DNA of 64,000 nucleotides from Lingula anatina (GCA_051362555.1 CM120640.1:32445967-32509966), one strand, 5' to 3'. Shown: positions 41,163 to 55,256, counted from the first letter of the stretch. Notes: generated by a model from the sequence alone, not told the origin. A program made the numbers and translations.

Positions 41163-44100
41163 ACACACGCCCCCTTGAATGCATTCCTAGATATGGTTTC
41201 TTAAAATTGGTAACTACATGAGTTGGGGGAACATTTTCTGGTGTGTTTAGTTGGGTTTCTACTTCTTAAAGTTTCATTATTGGAAATTATTGGTTAAAAT
41301 TAAGAGGCCAGGGATCTAAAGGGTGTCACTGTGATATCAAAGCAAATAGACCATTGTGATAATTGATAATATGTAAGTGGCTGGCCCAGTGAGCATTACC
41401 CAGACCTCATTAGAAGTAAAATATTATTGTACCACCAGCGTTAGCGCTGGCGGTACACATGGTTTCGGTCCCATCCGGATCGTTCCGCCGGCTCCGCCGG
41501 ACGGCTACCGTTACCGCTTCTCCTCCTAGACGGTAAGGGCCCCCGTACCCATCTCATGGATTTAGGTCACCTATAATCTCAACTCGTTCCACGTAAAATT
41601 TGGGCTTTGTCGGTATTGGGGTCTGGGTGTGGCACTCATTGCAATGCACCCTTGTCTAAAAATGGCAAAATTAAATGCTAATTATCTACCCTACGGAAGG
41701 AGTTATGGGAAAAATTTCTATAGACGACTTTCCAAAAGTCATATGTGTAGATTTCAAATATACCCTTGGATTTGACCTTTGACCTTTACTTCAAGGTCAA
41801 ATGGGCCAAAATTTTCAAAAAAATGAAATTTTTTACGAAAAAAAATTTTTTTGCCCTGTTATTCAGACACCACACAGACTTAACCAATAATATTATTGGA
41901 AGGTGTTACCCTTCAGGTCATCTTTCATCTCCATGAATTTGGGGTCAATCGGTGCATTTTCACGGGAGTAGCGGCCATAAGATACCGAAACTGAAAACTG
42001 TCTCTAATTCGGGAACCATTAATGCTAGAGACCCATTCTTTTTTGCATTTTGTAGAGCATGTAAAGCCAAACACTGGAGGTGGTCTTGGTTTTTTTGTAT
42101 TCCATACGGTTTTCGAGTTACGCTGTATCAAAAAGTACATATTGGTGGTAAAAGCAAAATGTGCAGTACGGTAATGGATAATAAATTTTGAACTCTGGAA
42201 AAATAAAACATAAGGCTTGGCAAAGCAGACAACTTGTGTTCAAAAATGACATTATTTCATCAAATTTGAACTTCTGAAACTTCAGAGCACCTCCTATTTC
42301 AAGAATTTTAACCAAAATGACATTTTTTTTATTTTAATTAATTTTTTCTGCACGGAATTTAAGGCACATTATGGTAACTCCAAAATTATAACATTTAGTC
42401 CCTTATATCTCCAAAACTGGCAGAGATAGGTCCATAGTTACTATTGAACTTGAATAGGAAGTCATATACTGGCAATCTTACTATGACCTTGAAAGTGACC
42501 TTTGACCTACTTTTCACCATGAACTGAACTTTGCAAATTTTTCTTCCCTTTTATCTCCAAAACTGGCAGAGATAGGTCCATAGTTACTATTGAAGTTGAA
42601 TAGGAAGTCATATACTGGCAATCTTACTATGACCTTGAAAGTGACCTTTGACCTACTTTTCACCATGAACTGAACTTTGCAAATTTTTCTTCCCTTTTAT
42701 CTCCAAAACTGGCAGAGATAGGTCCATAGTTACTATTGAACTTGAATAGGAAGTCATATACTGGCAATCTAAATGTGACCTTAAAATTGACCTTTGACCT
42801 ACTTTTCACCATAAACTGAACTTTGCAATATTTGCTTCCCTTTTATCTCCAAAACTGGCAGAGATAGGTCCATAGTTACTATTGAACTTGAATAGGAAGT
42901 CATATACTGGCAATCTAAATGTGACCTTAAAATTGACCTTTGACCTACTTTACACCATGAACTGAATTTTGCAAATTTTGCTTTCCTTTTATCTCCAAAA
43001 CTGGCTGAGATAGGTCTGTAGTTACTATTGAACTTGAATAGGAAGTCATATACTGGCAATCTAAATGTGACCTTAAAATTGACCTTTGACCTACTTTACA
43101 CCATGAACTGAATTTTGCAAATTTTGCTTTCCTTTTATCTCCAAAACTGGCTGAGATAGGTCCGTAGTTACTATTGAACTTGAATAGGAAGTCATATACT
43201 GGCAATCTAAATGTGACCTCAAAATTGACCTTTGACCTACTTTTCACCATAAACTGAACTTTGCAAATTTTGCTTCCCTTTTATCTCCAAAACTGGCAGA
43301 GATAGGTCCATAGTTACTATTGAACTTGAATAGGAAGTCATATACTGGCAATCTAAATGTGACCTTGAAATTGACCTTTGACCTACTTTTCACCATGAAC
43401 TGAATTTTGCAAATTTTGCTTCCCTTTTATCTCCAAAACTTTCTGAGATAGGTCCATAGTTACTATTGAACTTGAATAGGAAGTCATATACTGGCAATCT
43501 AAATGTGACCTTGAAATTGACCTTTGACCTACTTTTCACCATGAACTGAACTTTGCAAATTTTGCTTTCCTTTTATCTCCAAAACTGGCAGAGATAGGTC
43601 CATAGTTACTATTGAACTTGAAAAGGAAGTCATATACTGGCAATCTAAATGTGACCTTAAAATTGACCTTTGACCTACTTTACACCATAAACTGAATTTT
43701 GCACATTTTGCTTTCCTTTTATCTCCAAAACTGGCTGAGATAGGTCCGTAGTTACTATTGAACTTGAATAGGAAGTCATATACTGGCATTATAAATGTGA
43801 CATTAAAATTGACCTTTGTCCTACTTTTCACCATAAACTGAACTTTGCAAATTTTGCTTCCCTTTTATCTCCAAAACTGGCAGAGATAGGTCCATAGTTA
43901 CTATTGAACTTGAATAGAAAGTCATATACTGGCAATCTAAATGTGACCTTGAAATTGACCTTTGACCTACTTTTTATCATGAACTGAACTCTGCTAATTT
44001 CTTTCTCTTTTAACTTCAAACTTGACAGAGATAGGTCCATAGTTACTCTTGAGCTTGAATAGGAAGTCATATACTGGCAATTTACTGTGACCTTGAAATT

Positions 44101-47100
44101 GACCCTTGACCTACCTTACGAAGAACTTAAATTTGATTGTACCATATATATTTTTTGCAATAGTTTAAAAATTCTTGTTGATTGCATTTTTACAGCTTGT
44201 CAAGCACAAAACTGGTGGCTATGTCCCTTATTTTGTGTATGTGGGGGTCTATACGAATGCGCTTGCTCCAGCTGGTGGTACAATATTCGGAGGCGGTATC
44301 GCCTCTCTGATCCTCTAGTTGATTAGTTCAATTTCGTTTTTTCAGATGTGGCATCAACTCCCACTCCTAGTAAGAATGAAGTAATTGCAGCTTCTCCTGG
44401 TGATCCAAAGGAAAAGTGAGTAATTTAGACTGCGAGGATTTTATTCAATATTCTGCATAATTAGACCTTTTTCTACTGGTAAATAGATATCTTATGTAAC
44501 CACTGAGCTGTTGAAAGCCAACGTCATTTGATTACAATTGTTATCATCTCTTTAAGTTAAAATATGAAAAAAGTTCAGTCTCTGTTGCTTCTTTTTGCAT
44601 TAATAGTGTCAAGTATTAAATGAAAAGTGTCATAGTTATTATCTTAAATAACACTATGAATCATAACATGCAAGGTTTATTTATTTATATTCTAAAATGG
44701 CACATTTTACTGTCAGGTACTTTGCAGCCTTCCCTTCTCTATCTGGAAAGGAACAGCAGGGATCCGCCTTTGGTGTTGTATGGAAGAAGGGCAAAGCCAA
44801 GCTGTGGAGTGAAAAAGTAGGAAACAAAGAAGATGGTCTGGGGAACTTAAGTGACTCTCGCCTCACCAACTCAACCAAGACTGAAAAAAATAGAAAAGAA
44901 GACAGTAGAGGCAAACCAGAAGCAAAGCGGTGCAAGAGTGCTGATGGAACTTCCAATCATTCCCCAGTCATTGTTAAGTCTGATAAGTCCATTAAGCCAG
45001 GTGTGGTGAAAAAAGAAGGACCTGTTGGAGTTGGAAGAAAGCCTGCATACACCAGAAAACAGCTGAATGAGAATAAGAATTATTCAGTTCAAGCTAGAAA
45101 CACAACAGAAGTTGAAACACAGTCGAAAATAAAGTCAAGACGATCAGTCACTCCCCAGCCCAAACATGGGCGCTTTGGAAGGCATGAAATTTCAAGAAGG
45201 CCTTTCGACCAAGAGAGAAGAGGTAAAGCTGGCAAACATTTTTCATCCAGCAAGACAAACACATGGCCTCTTCATGGCAAACAGAAACCATCATTTATTG
45301 TGCCAAAGTTTAGACCTAGCAGTGGTCACTCTTCTCCACTGTCAGCTAGTAGCAGCAAAACCAGTAGCGAGGATGAGTCTGGAAGAAGGACCTCCCCTTA
45401 CCCTCAGCACGCACAAGTGCCTAAGAAAGGCATAAAACAGACTACTGCAGAGAGGGCATCCACCTTCTCCTTTAGGCCCAAGAGATCAGTGACCCCAGAA
45501 CTTCAGGAGGACTACGGTTGGTATGTTAAGCCTCTGGATGAGATGTTCCGGCACTCACCTACTCCCAATACCATCCGCTTGTATAATCGTGGCCTTACTG
45601 TTCATCATGAAGAGCCGTATCGAAGGAGCACCCCTGAAGTAGGCCTAGACTTAGTGGCACTGTTTGAGGAATCGCAGGAGGCTTTTGTAGAATCAAATAA
45701 TGAGTTACCATCCCAGTCAAGATTCTTAAAATTGTTTGAAAATGCATCAAAGACTGACCAAGAGGAACCTGTTGTCTTAGCTGAAGAAGCAGCTGCAGGC
45801 AAGACGACTGAGAGCAGCCCAGATCCTTGTCACTGGTTCCTCTCACAGAGTGAAAGTTCTGATGAGAATAGCTGTGAAGAACCCAACCCCATGCCAGAAT
45901 TGGTTCGCACTGAAGATGTCCTGCTCAGTCCCGGTGAAGAAGTCTTCTGGGATAATGAGTCCTTAGGATATGCCTCCCAAGAAGATGGGGTTCAACCCGA
46001 GTCGCCACTCTCAGCAGTAGGTGTCATAAGGGAAAGCATGTTGGAACAGAAAAGTGAAACAGAGAGTTCTTTACAGAGTTTGGATAAGAATGAAAACACA
46101 TTATTGTCAGACACAGGTGGTTCTCAGTGCCAGTTGACACAGGGAGAGCCCAGTGCTGAGAAGATTTCTTCTGGTACCCAGAGCCACACAGAAGACTACA
46201 ATAACAACGAGTCCAGTAACATTGATCCAGTCAAAGAAACCCTGTCTTCTGATAGCTTCTGGCCTTTGGAACTGATCACTGGGAGCTCAATCTGGAGTCC
46301 TCTTGCTGTAAATGGCATCACCACAAGTTCTTATCCCTGGGGAAGTTCAAACGGATTCTCAGATCACCATGGACTATTCACAGCCTCAAATATGTTTAGC
46401 GGCTTGAATCTTGAATTGTCCTTTGGTGAATCTGTGTTCAGAAGCATGAGTACCCACAGGTTTCTACATGATGGCTATTCGGAGGGGCTGTGCCTAGAGA
46501 TGGATTGCATGAATCAAAGCAGCTATCCCTGGATGGACAGCATTAGCAGTCTTATTTCTCCGAGGAGAGCACCTGGTCAGGACACCTTTCAGCTGTGGGA
46601 TGTGAATTCACACAGGCCGTTCAGTTTTGAGGGTAACGCTCACAACCTTTGGGTCAGCAATGGGATCTTGTCTTTTGCCGAAGATTGGTCTGCTATTAGA
46701 TCCTTTCCCGATCTGGGGTATGGCATTCTTAATGGCGAGCAGACTTTCATCAATGGTGGGGTGTATGGGAATGTTCCCACGGATTCTTTAGATAATATTT
46801 GGAGTATAAGGGCTGTAGGTGAAACTTGGGGAAATAAAAGTTCCTACGTAGACAACCTTAGTCTTTCCAGTTCTTGGGATAAGGACTGGTTTCATAGTGC
46901 ATTAGTAAACAATTTAGAAGAATTAGAGAATGATAATTCTGAAGAAGATCTCTCCTCAGATCCCCCTGTAGGGAGATTTAGGGCTCGTAGTATATCTGTG
47001 GATAGTGCATTATGTACTTATGCAAGTTGTTCTGGAGACACTGGCACTTACTCATATTTTGGTGCATCGGAAGACCCTACACATAGGCCTCTGCATCATG

Positions 47101-50100
47101 TCTTCAGTGAGTCTGAAATATTCAGGGGATCAGCCTTTAGGAGATACAGACGTGGCAGTGATTTTTATAGTCAGCTGAATCAACAACATTTAAAACTCCT
47201 GACACATTACAGAAGGAATGTTGCTGCCGCTGTTGCAGCTGCAACTATCGCTAAAAATGTAACACCCCCTCTATCTGGGGAGGTGGAGGAAGAGAACCTG
47301 TTCTTTTCACCCAAGACTCACTTCAGGCCTATCCAGACGCCACGCACTGAAAGCTTAGAAAATGACTCCAGTAGCAACACCCAAGTGACATCTCCAACTG
47401 AAGAAGCAAACGAAGAGGAGTCTGCTGCAGATTCCTACGGAAGCAATTACCAAGTGTACCTTGGAGATGAGGTGTCCCAAGAAAATGGGGCCGAGTTTGT
47501 ACCAAAGTTTAAGATTCAAAGAGACAATAATAAGTCTGCACAAACAGACTCTTCTTGTAGCTGTGATAATTTGAGGGATAGCATGAGTGACAGTAGGCAG
47601 CAGTTAGGCATGTGTCATAAACTTGGCAATAACACAGTTATGACCTCCATTGAGGAGGAAGGAGGTGGTGCCTTTGAGAAACTTATGTCACATTTAGATA
47701 AGGAGAATTTAGACTCTCAGTTACCTTACAATCATAGAACAGCAGATAACCAAAGAGAAGTAGACTCTCCTGTATATGTTAATTGCTCAAGTCAGATTGC
47801 AGCTGGTGCCATTGGTGATCAGACCAGACTGTGGTCTGGTCATATTTTTGATATTGCCAGCAGCTTACGAGAACTGTGGATAACGGACGATGAAATAGAC
47901 GTGCTCTCATTATGTCAGATGCACAATACGGAGACATCACAAGAGGAGGGGGGTGAAAGAATAGCCGAGGCTAGCCTGAACCCCCTTACCGAGAGTGGGG
48001 CATGTAGTTCTTTGCCCAACTCCAAGGTGCAACTTCTGGTACCAGACCTGGGTGCTAGTAGTAGTAGTAATAGTAGATTAGGCACTGATTTCCAAGCTGG
48101 TGCTAAACTGGAGACAGAGACTCCTGCTGTAAAGCATGTGGACTTGAGTCCATATGACAACCTTAGCTGTGATTTTGCCGAGGACAGATGTTTTGATCAT
48201 TCCCAGGACTCTGTCCTCCCCACTGCTCCTGTAGAGAGTGGGTGGAATCCCTGGAGCGCTGACAGCAACTGTCAGCAGCAAAATGGAGGGGATCAGAACT
48301 CTGAACCTGTACAGTATTTATTCCTAGTAAATAGCACTAGTAACTTATGGAAAGAGACACAAAAGAATGACCGTAAAGAGAAACGTGAAGAACAGACTGG
48401 ACAGGGTCATTGTTTATCTGAAAGTTGGCACCCAGGTGGACAAAGCTCTTCAGTCTTTGAAGGCAATCCAGGTGTGCCTAAAATACACTTTGGTAGCTGG
48501 CAGTCATCGGGCATGCATGACACGGGGAAGTATCACTGGTCAACTGAAGTTGACAATCACAAACAGAGGAAAGATTCTTGTGGAAAGCCTGTGAAACAGA
48601 GGAGCACCAAGCCTTGGAAGGAGTTGATACAAGACGATGAAGAGGAAGACAGTTCTGGGGAAGAGATTCCGGTGACCTCGAGGAGAGTAAACAACAAAAA
48701 TGGCAAGGAGAAAAATGAACAGGATGACGATGTTTTCACTGATAACACAGCTGACTTTCTATTACAGGTTAGTGATTGATAATTGTGGCACGATTACCAA
48801 ATTTATTTATAAATTCATTTAAGTCAAGAAAAGCATTAGTCTTTGAATTCAAATTCTCATGTCAGAATAACTTTAAGAACACAAAAAATTGTAGATATCA
48901 CTGATTGTAGGATTTAAGTGGCTCTGTCATATAACCTGAGTTTGCTCTGTGTTGATCTCAATGTGTTTTGTGATGTTTGTAGATGTTCCCTTTGGAGATA
49001 GTGGACTCTGTGCCCATGCCGTCCCATGCTCAGGTGTTATACTCATCCGATCTGGAAGAACAGTGGAGAACCTCAGGAAAGCACTTTGAAGTCCAGAAGC
49101 CGAGGAAAGATAAATCAGGCAAGCATTCATATTATAAGTGCTGGAACAATCTTTGGAGGAAATGTAGAATTAGTGTTTTGTATTTGGCAGCAATATCTAG
49201 GCCAACAAGAAGGACCTATTTCCTGCATATATGCTAGTTTTGTTATAACTGAAATCAATAATGATAATAATGATAGAGGGGCTGACACACACACAGTAAA
49301 GCGTATTTCTGTACATTGCAGGGCCACGCAAGAAGCCATGCAGCTTCTTCTTGGAGGGTCACTGTAGAAGGGCGGACTGTAAATTTTCTCATGATCTTAC
49401 CCAGATAACCTGTAGGTTCTGGGAAGAAGGGTGCTGCTTCAAGGGTCTTACTTGTCCTTTCCTGCATGGGTACCAAAGGTAATATAAATATTTGCTTTTT
49501 ATGCCATTGAAATCATTCAGTGCATAAATCATATTTTCTACCCTTTGTTATTTTTTTTCAATGGGGATTCATATTAAATCCACATTTTATTTTTATTTTT
49601 CAGGGAATCAAGTTCTTATGACTCTGGTTTAGAAAAGTTCCAGCTAAATGAGGAAGACTTCCCAGAATTGCATAAGGTGGGTTGTTGTGTGTTACATAAT
49701 GCTCTCTGTTATATAGAAGGCTAATTTAGGAATATTACCATAAATCTTATTTTGGATGATGAAATATTTTTCTCATTGTGGACAACAATAAATCTGACTG
49801 CGCTGTAATTTGCCATTTGACATTTTATAATGAAATGTGCTTCATATTCCATTTGAGGCTAATTCCCCCCAAATAAATTAATTAAAAATAACCATTTTAA
49901 AATAGAAAGAAATACAATCAAATAAACAAAGAGAATTTTAAATTTTGATGATTGAAAAATAAGTAAAAAGGACACAAATAAAAACAAGTAAGTGCCATTA
50001 ACATTTATTATAGATGGTATATGGTTTTTCTTGCTATCTCAGGGGGATGCTCCAGGGACCTCCAACACTCAGGAACAGAAAGTAGATGCCTTGTCACACC

Positions 50101-50258
50101 TGTTGCAGCATGAATCGCCTTGCAAGCCTCCAGACAGCCCTTGTCCAGATGAAAGCGTGGATTCACCGTCATCCATCTCAAGTAGTGATGAAGTGGAGGG
50201 CAGCTCACCACACTATGCTGCCTCTCTGCCTATAGCTATCAAATCAAAGAAAAAATGA
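35066..50258 (+). CDS. KIAA0232: KIAA0232 homologue with C-terminal tandem CCCH zinc fingers, ~1694 aa
   Basis: Exons 35066-35377, 39492-39561, 44346-44415, 44717-48767, 48983-49118, 49322-49478, 49604-49676 and 50043-50258 are in frame. Motifs recalled from vertebrate KIAA0232: VQSWLGHELEVRGIDAMIYTRYILSIL, KKSAAVECL, IENLIEELC, YFAAFPSLS, FINGGVYG, SPKTHFRPI, KSAQT. Confidence 0.88.
38129..38646. mobile_element. Older fold-back MITE (Harbinger/Tourist-like) hosting a younger one
   Basis: Termini GGCCCCATTCC and GGAATGGGGTC with TTA/TAA flanks; diverged inverted arms of ~100 bp. Confidence 0.7.
38268..38526. mobile_element. Young palindromic PIF/Harbinger-type MITE
   Basis: GGCTTCGTTCACATGGAAAG...CTTTCCATGTGAACGAAGCC, nearly self-complementary along its length, with a TAA duplication. 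Confidence 0.88.
41427..44318 (+). mobile_element. HINE family A, ~2.9 kb, in a KIAA0232 intron
   Basis: 5' subTIR TTGTACCACCAGC within a hairpin, CCG-rich microsatellite and 146-bp array. 3' subTIR GCTGGTGGTACAA (44271-44283), hairpin GAGGCG-GTAT-CGCCTC and CTAG-TT end. Confidence 0.9.
42405..44115. repeat. 146-bp tandem array (~12 units) inside HINE-A
   Basis: GAGATAGGTC recurs at 42423, 42569, 42715 and onward with period 146. Confidence 0.95.
44717..48767 (+). CDS. KIAA0232: 4-kb internal exon of the KIAA0232 homologue
   Basis: ORF 44697-48779, bounded by cag|G at 44717 and CAG|gttagt at 48767. Confidence 0.9.
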
Positions 50259-51459
50259 TGCCCACTAGTTAGTTATGTCCTGATTTTATACTAAGAAGAA
50301 GTAGTTGACAGGAGCCTATGTGGGGGACTAGAATGCACACCTATAATGAGTATGTACTTGGTATGGTGTTCCTGTTACAAGATCACGGTCCAGAGATGAG
50401 AAAAATTTTTTGAATTTCATTATATCGAGGGGTGATGCGTCTGGTTTAGTGTCCCAGTTTCCTCCTAGTATAAAAATTCACAGCTTGAAGTAAAATTTTG
50501 ATAGAAGGCCAGCTATGATAAAACACATCTGAATGTGTGCTGGTATGCATAAGGTATCTGATACGCAACAGTGTGCTCTTCCCCATTTGGTTTTACCTTA
50601 TTTCTTGTAATCTAGAAAATATTTCTGGGTTTGGATTTGTAGTTTTGCTTCCTTTTTGTATGTTTATGGGTTGTAATATATTGGCTACAAAAGGATATTA
50701 CGGGATTGATGGTTCATTTTATGTCAGTTTGATACTGTGTGCCCCATTGGGAATTGGTTATGAAAAAAGAAAGAAAGAAAAAATAAATTAGGTGTGGGAG
50801 TTGCAAAGAATTCTTCTTTTAGAATGCTATATATGAGCTTAATATGTTCAGTGCTCATTGATAAGAATCGGTGTCAAGAGAGGTTATATAATGCACATCT
50901 GACTGTTTAGCACTTTGTGTGTACAACATTTTATGTAATGTAACATAGTAGTGAGTAATACAGTGACATGATGTATGTGTTATGTTGGTTAAAGGGGTTT
51001 TATGCAGGATTTTTGCTTTTGTAAAATCATTCAGTTTTCATGGAATTATACATTGCTGTATCCACACAAGTAGCTTGCATCCCTGGATCTTACTCGGCTT
51101 TGGAGACGCTGTTCACTCCATCATGTGACAGCCAAGTGTCATGGATGAGTGGCAGTCATGTATTGTGTCATGGATTGTGTCTGTGACACAGTTTAAGGAG
51201 CTTTAGTACCTCCTTATACATATAGCTTCCCCCACTGCAGGCAATGTTATTGTAGAAGCTGGGTTATATACCAAAATCATGTTGCAGCCTTATAGAAAAA
51301 TGTTATTAATACCCCATACTTAAAATAGAAATACGAGGAATGCGTGTGCTCAATTCAGGAAAAAAAGCATAAAGGCGATATATAGGTGGGGACCCAACAG
51401 AGTAATCTGGTGGTTCATAGCTAGAACCCTACTTGAGGATACAAGAAAAATGTGCTTAA

Positions 51460-51796
51460 AGGGATAATAACTCTTCGTATGAGGTCTATTTTTCACAATA
51501 AAAACATTGTGAATAATTCACAGAAATATAATATATTCTGTGTTTTGACAAAAACAGCAGTTATAGCTATTATTCTGATATCTGAGCTTGTCTTCAGACC
51601 ATGTGACCTCCATTGATGGCTATACTCTGTTATAATCTCTTAAGAGATTTTAACAAAAAACCAAACTTTTTAGAAAAAAACCAGGGACTAACTTTGAATG
51701 TGAAAATGGATTCATTAACCATTGGTTAGTATGGGAAAATTGTTGTTTACTCCAGGAAAATTCATTTTTTGGCCAAAACGAAGAGTTATTATCCCT
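51460..51796. mobile_element. Kolobok-like MITE in the probable KIAA0232 3' UTR
   Basis: 19-bp perfect TIR AGGGATAATAACTCTTCGT with TTAA on both sides. Confidence 0.82.
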
Positions 51797-53670
51797 TTAA
51801 CATGATACCTACTCCCCTCCCCCCCTCTAATAGAGCCCCTTTAGGCAGCAGAGGTAATTATTCTGTTATGATGTGGTGTGTTTCATGTTTGTATTGTAAT
51901 TTGTAAACTTGTGTTGGTTTGTCACTGTTAGGGTATTGTTCATAAACATTGCAAATGTTTGTATTTAAAATCCTGGGTTCTGTTTTTGTTTGTTTTTTTT
52001 TTTTTTTTTTTTAGGTAGAAAGTGTCTTTGTTTTAGTTTTGGATTGGAAAATATGTTGATAAAAAATATCATGAGGTTGTGTCTTTAGGGCATGTAGTAA
52101 ACATTTTACTACAAAGAAGTTAGAAAAGAGACTATTTCAGAGATAGTGATATGTACCCTTGAGTAGTTACAGACATCCTAGGTGTTTTTATTCCTTGTAG
52201 AAGCAGGTGTAGAAATTGAAAAACAAAAAAGGACCTGTCAGCATTGTTAGTTATGAGAAGTTTAACTGTTTCAGACACTTACTTTGTTTATTGTTGTATG
52301 TAATCTTGTTCAGGTAACGTACCATGTGGAATGTTAAATATGTGTGTTTTAACTTATATTATGTATTCAAGTCATACTAAAAAACATACATGCTCTGTCA
52401 GAGTGTACATGGTGTCTACATTGTGATTCAACTAATTAAGTTATTATGTATTAATTCAAGCTCACAGTTGCTGCTAACATACATTTTCATACAAATAATA
52501 TGTATGTGAGGTGGTTGAGTTACCTATCAAGTTCAAGTTTTGTAAATAATTGAAATTAATTTTAATGTGTTTCTTGGCTATTTATTTAATGTGAAGTTAA
52601 AAAGAAAAGAGGTGGTAAATGAACTTTGAACATGGTTAAGAATCGAGCGTTTTGCATACTATGGTTTCTAACTTTTACATTGAGAATAAAATTAAATATT
52701 CTACATTTAAAAAGAAATACATATATGCATACATCTGCTGCTAATGTTAATTTTTGTCATTTAATTCTGGATTGAAATGTGTAATTCTAAGGCAGTGATT
52801 CATGGTTTTGATGTTCATTAGTTTTTTGCTGTATTAGCATAAGTGGGATAAACTGAAGATAGCAATGTTTATAAGCATTTTGTGTATGCATATCATTTAT
52901 TTAGTTTCTTAATGTGCCGGGTTGTTTTTTCTTTGTTAGATCTGTCAAGTGACCTATTGCAAATTTTAAATTACTTAGGATAAGAAAACATGCAATATAA
53001 GTAAGTGTATTATGGGAGTGGATGGGGTCAAATATATCAACAGCGTGCCCATTGCAAATACATTTGCAAGTGAACACATTGTTAATTGAAAGAAAAACTG
53101 CACTCTGCAAGGGATTTTTGTCTATATTTACTGATGATGGACATCGACTTTGCATTCAGAATTGTTTGTCAGATACAATATTTATAGGTGTTTTATTATC
53201 CAAGGGTAGTATTTTAAATGCAGAATAGAACCCAATTAGCAGAAAGGTACTAAAAATGTTTAAAAGTAAAATAAAAACTGGTTTGCTTGCAGGTTTTATT
53301 TTAGGGTATTACAGTTTGATAATTCATTCTTTCACTCAAATTGTTGTTACAACCTGTTACAGTAGTAGTTGAGATAAAATTAGCCAAACAGGCTTTTCTA
53401 ACAACAGAGCTTCTATTTAAAGATTAATCATTTATTATAAAAAAGTTTGATTGAAGAACTTGGTTGAGTAAACTGACATTCTAATAAAGGTCCAGAAAAA
53501 GTGAAAATTGTTTGGTAACAGGCACAAACCATCCAACAATAAAGCATTGTCATTTGTTCACAACTTGTTTTTATATGAATTGACATACAGTACTAATACA
53601 ATAAAGGAAAAACTGTAATGGCAACAATAAAGGGATTGTTGGCTGCACTACAAATTTGACACATTGCCTA

Positions 53671-54888
53671 ATTTTTATGTACAGACACAGGTGTCTGTAC
53701 ATATAGCCGTCACCAGCGTCTGTCGTCGCCATTGGCTTGAAACTAAACAGAACTGATGAATATTCATAATATGCAGGTCAAGTTCGAAAATCAGCATGAT
53801 TGGGCCATTTTTAGTGAAGTTATGCTGTTTTTTCCCTTTTTTTCAGCATTCATGCAACACCAATAACACGATAAGTGAAAAAACATTTTACCTTTTGGCT
53901 TGAAACTTACAGAACTGATGAATATTCATAATATGCAAGTCAAGTTCAAAATCGGCATGATCGGGCCATTTATATGGAAGTTGTGCTGTTTTCTCACTTT
54001 TTATGTACAGACACAGATGTGTTCATGTTTTCACCCATGTTTGTCTGTCATCAACATAACTCAAAAAGTTTTGGACCGATTTTGATGAAATTTTCAGGAA
54101 CTGTCAGAAGTGGGCCAATGAAAAGATTATTAGTTTTTGGTGGTGATCCGGATCAATAATCAATCAATAATAATCAAAAATTGCTGCCTTGGCGGAGGTC
54201 TGCGCTCTCGGAGCACTTTTCTAGTTTTGTTACGTTTTCTTTTTAATTTTTTCTCAAACACTGGCATTTGTGACTTTTAACTCCCATCCACCTGAGGCTC
54301 TGCACATTTTCTCTATTTTCCCCATAAGCAGCTGTATTGGTATTTATGTTTTTAAACATTATGTAATATTATACACTGTCATCATTTTTCAAATATTCTG
54401 ACTTTCATCATGTGAATTTGAACTCTCATGGTTCTGAAACTGTAATCTTATTGAAGGGGTAGATTGAGACCATATTCTGGGTCTTCCGGAAGACAGTCAG
54501 GTTTTAAAGTTTATATTGACTGGTATCTATTTTTTTATGTTGGAAGACCATCAAAATATAGGATGGATCAACAAAGATACTTTGGAATACTGTCAGAAAA
54601 TATATCTGAATCCGCTCCTGTTATTGACCATGTTACCTGTTGTGCTTGATTAAAATTCAGTGTTGACTGTGCTATTATAAGCATTATTTATTATTGCATC
54701 AAAATTGACAAAATGACCTTTTTTGCATCTTTATTTTCTGTTTTTGTCTGTACAGCTTTGCTACCTTGTTCAAATATTGTGATTTTCATTATGTGAATTT
54801 GAACTCTTGTGGTCATGAAACTGTAATCTTACTGTAGGGGAGACTTGAGACCGTCTTCTGGGCCTTCTAGAAGACGGTCAGATTTTAA
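53671..54888 (+). mobile_element. Rearranged and deleted HINE-B copies with nested HINE-C
   Basis: Two 5' ends (~53671 and ~53998), ~161-bp units, HINE-C ending CTAG at 54224, 3' end at ~54770 and then a duplicated fragment. Confidence 0.8.
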
Positions 54889-55039
54889 TGTCTGGGTGGG
54901 GTCGCTTCATCATCTTTGTCATGTAAAAAGAAATGAAAAACAGGATTAGATTTTTTCAATTTACCCATCCCACCACCCCAAAAAATTAAAATTTACTAAC
55001 CTTAGCTTGGATCCAAGAGTGAAGTCCATATCCGGCTAC

Positions 55040-55256
55040 CGGCACATGCACATTGTTGGCATGGCGTGAGCGATCAGCGCTTGCACCCCGCACAAGCTGA
55101 GACATTTGCCTCAAGAGACCAAAAATATCAAACACGTGAGATATTTTGCTCAGCCGCGCGAGAGGCAAAAATCTCACCAAAATAGCCCGCACACGATGAG
55201 AAAACGGTGCAGCGCAAGTGGCGCGCGCCAAATGCTCACCGTGTGCGGGCCCCTTT
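55040..55256 (-). mobile_element. GC-rich truncated MITE fragment inserted in the satellite
   Basis: Composition break; one Harbinger-like end (TAA)AGGGGCCCGCACAC on the minus strand; the other end is missing. Confidence 0.45.

Noticed and set aside
41925-44326. Short ORFs in HINE-A and their mirror ORFs at 57544-59527
   Set aside because: They are translations of the element and its tandem repeats, with no Rep/helicase or transposase motifs
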